Shown here: piece by piece, positions 18,735 to 20,827 of the stretch
Numbering within the stretch: position 1 is the first letter of the stretch
Layout of the letters: the number at the start of each line of letters is the position of its first letter
Assembly: GCA_964388035.1 (NCBI GenBank)
Contig: CAYLZE010000091.1
Span: forward strand, 1 to 20,827
From: an uncultured archaeon
GTDB lineage: Archaea > Asgardarchaeota > Lokiarchaeia > Sigyniarchaeales > SOKP01
Direction of reading: 5' to 3'
DNA: 20,827 nucleotides
Position numbers and translations under genes: made by a program
Notes under the pieces: model-generated
What the model was told of the DNA's origin: nothing
Database searches by the model: none
Seen by the model: only the letters and a program-made list of their open reading frames with translations

Positions 18735-18899
18735 TTTACTTAATTTCTCATTAATCATCTCAGATATGCGTTCATTTCCGGAAAGCTCTTTAGTGATTTT
18801 TTTAAATTCTATAGTAAGATTTTATGAATATAAATATGATTTTAAGATGGGAAAAAAAAAATTCACATATTAAATAAAAAAGTAGCAAAATATTACATC

Positions 18900-19562
18900 T
18901 CAGGAATTAGTCTTAATTAAAACGATGCTATTTATAATAAGTAATCCATAAAACGATAAAAGGAGCATCCACTCGTAGAACTTCACTGATGGAAAACCGA
19001 TAATCGCCAAAACAGCAATTATTGGAACGTCGATTATCATTAATACACCCATAAATTCATTTATGTCTGTAGGAAACTTTACAATAAGTAAACCATAGCT
19101 AATCATTGAAATTGTCCCTCCAATAATTGCAATTATTGAAATAATTGTATGGATAAGATTATTCACATCTTCCGTTATTATTCCGGTACAGAACATCCCC
19201 ATGAAAATCGTGAGCATTCCAATAAAACCAATGCTGCCTAATCTTAATTGTAATGGGGAGATGTCCGATAGTTCCTTGGATGCTAATCTACTTTTTATAT
19301 AGAATGTGATCGGGATAAAAAATGGACTCGAAATCACGTTTCCGATGGTTCTCATGTACGGAAATGGAGTATACTTTATGGAGCCCATATCACTGATATA
19401 ATTATCTATCATGTTATAACCATGAGGACCGAACTGAGCAATGATATAACCGATAATCAACGCCGAGAATGCCACGATAAACGCAATTATAGTTGAGATT
19501 TTAACGATTTTGGGACGAGTAATATATTCATGGATTTTATTAATTAGATTTTCACGTGCCAT
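18900..19562 (-). CDS. DUF998-like / Frag1-DRAM-like six-TM membrane protein
   Basis: GYNMIDNYISDMGS after TM1, G.ITED...IH, FYEW in the last TM; six hydrophobic segments. Confidence 0.68.
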   Translation of the reverse strand: MARENLINKIHEYITRPKIVKISTIIAFIVAFSALIIGYIIAQFGPHGYNMIDNYISDMGSIKYTPFPYMRTIGNVISSPFFIPITFYIKSRLASKELSDISPLQLRLGSIGFIGMLTIFMGMFCTGIITEDVNNLIHTIISIIAIIGGTISMISYGLLIVKFPTDINEFMGVLMIIDVPIIAVLAIIGFPSVKFYEWMLLLSFYGLLIINSIVLIKTNS

Positions 19563-19861
19563 TATTCTAATAATAGCGAAACATTAAAATCGTTTTTTAT
19601 GAGTGACAGTAATACAATAAAGTGGTGAAAAAAATGTTCCCGAGGGTTAACAATTCAAAAAAGATAAAATAATCAGTCCTTGCAGGTCCAATTTGGTTTG
19701 GGTTTTGAATTATTTTCATGCCACTTTTTCTCAGGGTTTTTTCAATATAAAAAAAATTAGTTCTTAAAAATTTACGACTAAAGAGAATTAAAAAACTTAA
19801 AAAAGAAGGTTTAAAAAAATAAAGAGTCAATTAAGTGTGAATTAGAATTAGAGAGCTTAAT

Positions 19862-20716
19862 TTATAATGCAACAAACCCTTCTTGGGCAACAATGCTCTG
19901 CCCTTGAGGCCCAAGCACAAAATTAATGAAAGCCGTTATATCTTTAGCCTTATCTGAACTTGGATCTTCAAAAGGCATGGTTAACAGATATAATTTTCGG
20001 GCAATGGGATATTTATCGGATTTTACATTTGCTGGCGTGCAAGCAATACCATTAACGGTTATCGCTTTTACATGAACATCAATATATCCGATACCTATAT
20101 ATCCAATAGCGTTTGGATTGGCTACAACCGCATCATACAAACCACCATTGGAGTTATATTCTTCAATCTTGGTCTGAAAAGCTTCATAGGTGGCACCTTC
20201 TAATCCAACTCTCACTTCGAAGGTTTCGCGCGTTCCAGAAGCGCTATCTCTTCCCATAACTACGACTGGGGCATCATTTCCACCAACTTGTTTCCAGTTA
20301 GTTATCTTGCCCTCGTAAATGTCCCGAATTTGAGAAATGGTTAAACCTTTTACAGGGTTATTAGGATTAACTATGACAGCTACTCCATCGCGAGCAAAAG
20401 GATGCTCTTGAATGCCGGGATATGTTGCTTTTTCGGAAGGTTTTACGGTTCGAGAAGCCATTCCAATATCGCTCGTGCCCTCACCGCAATCTTTCACCCC
20501 CACGCTAGAACCTCCACCGGTCACGGTGACATCGACGTCAGTTTGAATTTCTTCATAGGACGTGGCGCAAGTTTGAATGACAGGAAGGCAAGTGGTCGAC
20601 CCACTAATTTGCAAGGTTTTTGGCCTGGAGCTTAATGCAGAAATGATAATCCAACCCACTTCTAAGGCCGCGAGAATAATTATCACAACGAGAATTGTCT
20701 TCATGCGCTTTTCCAT
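19862..20716 (-). CDS. pstS: Phosphate-binding protein PstS with N-terminal membrane anchor
   Basis: ISGSTT, GGGSSVG, DIGMASR, DGVAVIVNP.NP, ITNWKQVGG, GRDSASGTRETF, AIGYI, YPIARKLY. Confidence 0.96.
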   Translation of the reverse strand: MEKRMKTILVVIIILAALEVGWIIISALSSRPKTLQISGSTTCLPVIQTCATSYEEIQTDVDVTVTGGGSSVGVKDCGEGTSDIGMASRTVKPSEKATYPGIQEHPFARDGVAVIVNPNNPVKGLTISQIRDIYEGKITNWKQVGGNDAPVVVMGRDSASGTRETFEVRVGLEGATYEAFQTKIEEYNSNGGLYDAVVANPNAIGYIGIGYIDVHVKAITVNGIACTPANVKSDKYPIARKLYLLTMPFEDPSSDKAKDITAFINFVLGPQGQSIVAQEGFVAL

Positions 20717-20827
20717 AGCATTTTACACCAAATTATTAATATGATTGAATTCCCCAATGATCAAGTTAATTATAGTTTTTTCTAAGTTTTTATTTTTCAA
20801 TAAATGTAGGCTTATTCAATAAAAAAA

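Noticed and set aside
18705-18821. 38-codon open stretch NLTIEFKKITKELSGNERISEMINEKLSKLYRLYIEYI with a KK-x3-EL echo of the microproteins
   Set aside because: No start codon at its 5' end, no in-frame hydrophobic segment, and such residues arise readily in AT-rich DNA.
19720-19830. 5' part of the 77-aa minus ORF (TTG start)
   Set aside because: T-run-rich terminator-like DNA downstream of pstS translating to F/L/K filler.
15851-20635. Plus-strand ORFs overlapping pstB, pstCA and pstS (including the 214-aa 17797..18441)
   Set aside because: Typical antisense open frames of conserved ABC transporter genes.
1-20827. CRISPR array, tRNA/rRNA, IS or integrase, intein in polB, viral or casposon origin of polB, selenocysteine readthrough
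   Set aside because: No regularly spaced repeats, RNA gene folds or transposase motifs were seen. polB motifs are contiguous and of cellular type among housekeeping neighbours. TGA-terminated genes are full length for their families.

Overview
AT-rich archaeal-type chromosomal window, probably from an Asgard (Lokiarchaeia-like) genome. That placement is inferred from the PolB1-type polymerase, the gene-family mix and GGTG/GGAG ribosome-binding sites. From left to right: a glycyl radical enzyme running off the left edge on the minus strand (missing from the ORF track); a divergent PolB1-type DNA polymerase with a charged N-terminal tail; a DHA1/TetA-like MFS transporter; a DUF2804-like protein; an isochorismatase-family hydrolase; a dolichol/phytol-kinase-like membrane enzyme; a Zn-dependent MDR dehydrogenase; a GH2 glycosidase plus sugar-type MFS; and a minus-strand phosphate cluster (pstS, DUF998-like gene, fused pstC-pstA, pstB, phoU). 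No rRNA, tRNA, CRISPR array or transposase was seen. Three observations stand out. (1) An unannotated 34-aa ORF (10942..11046, minus) is paralogous to the 71-aa membrane ORF at 14551..14766, and the two bracket the GH2-MFS cassette. (2) The glycyl radical enzyme has a Cys loop reading GCVG instead of GCxE/GCVQ, suggesting an uncharacterised reaction class. (3) PstC and PstA are fused into one chain in an interrupted pst cluster.
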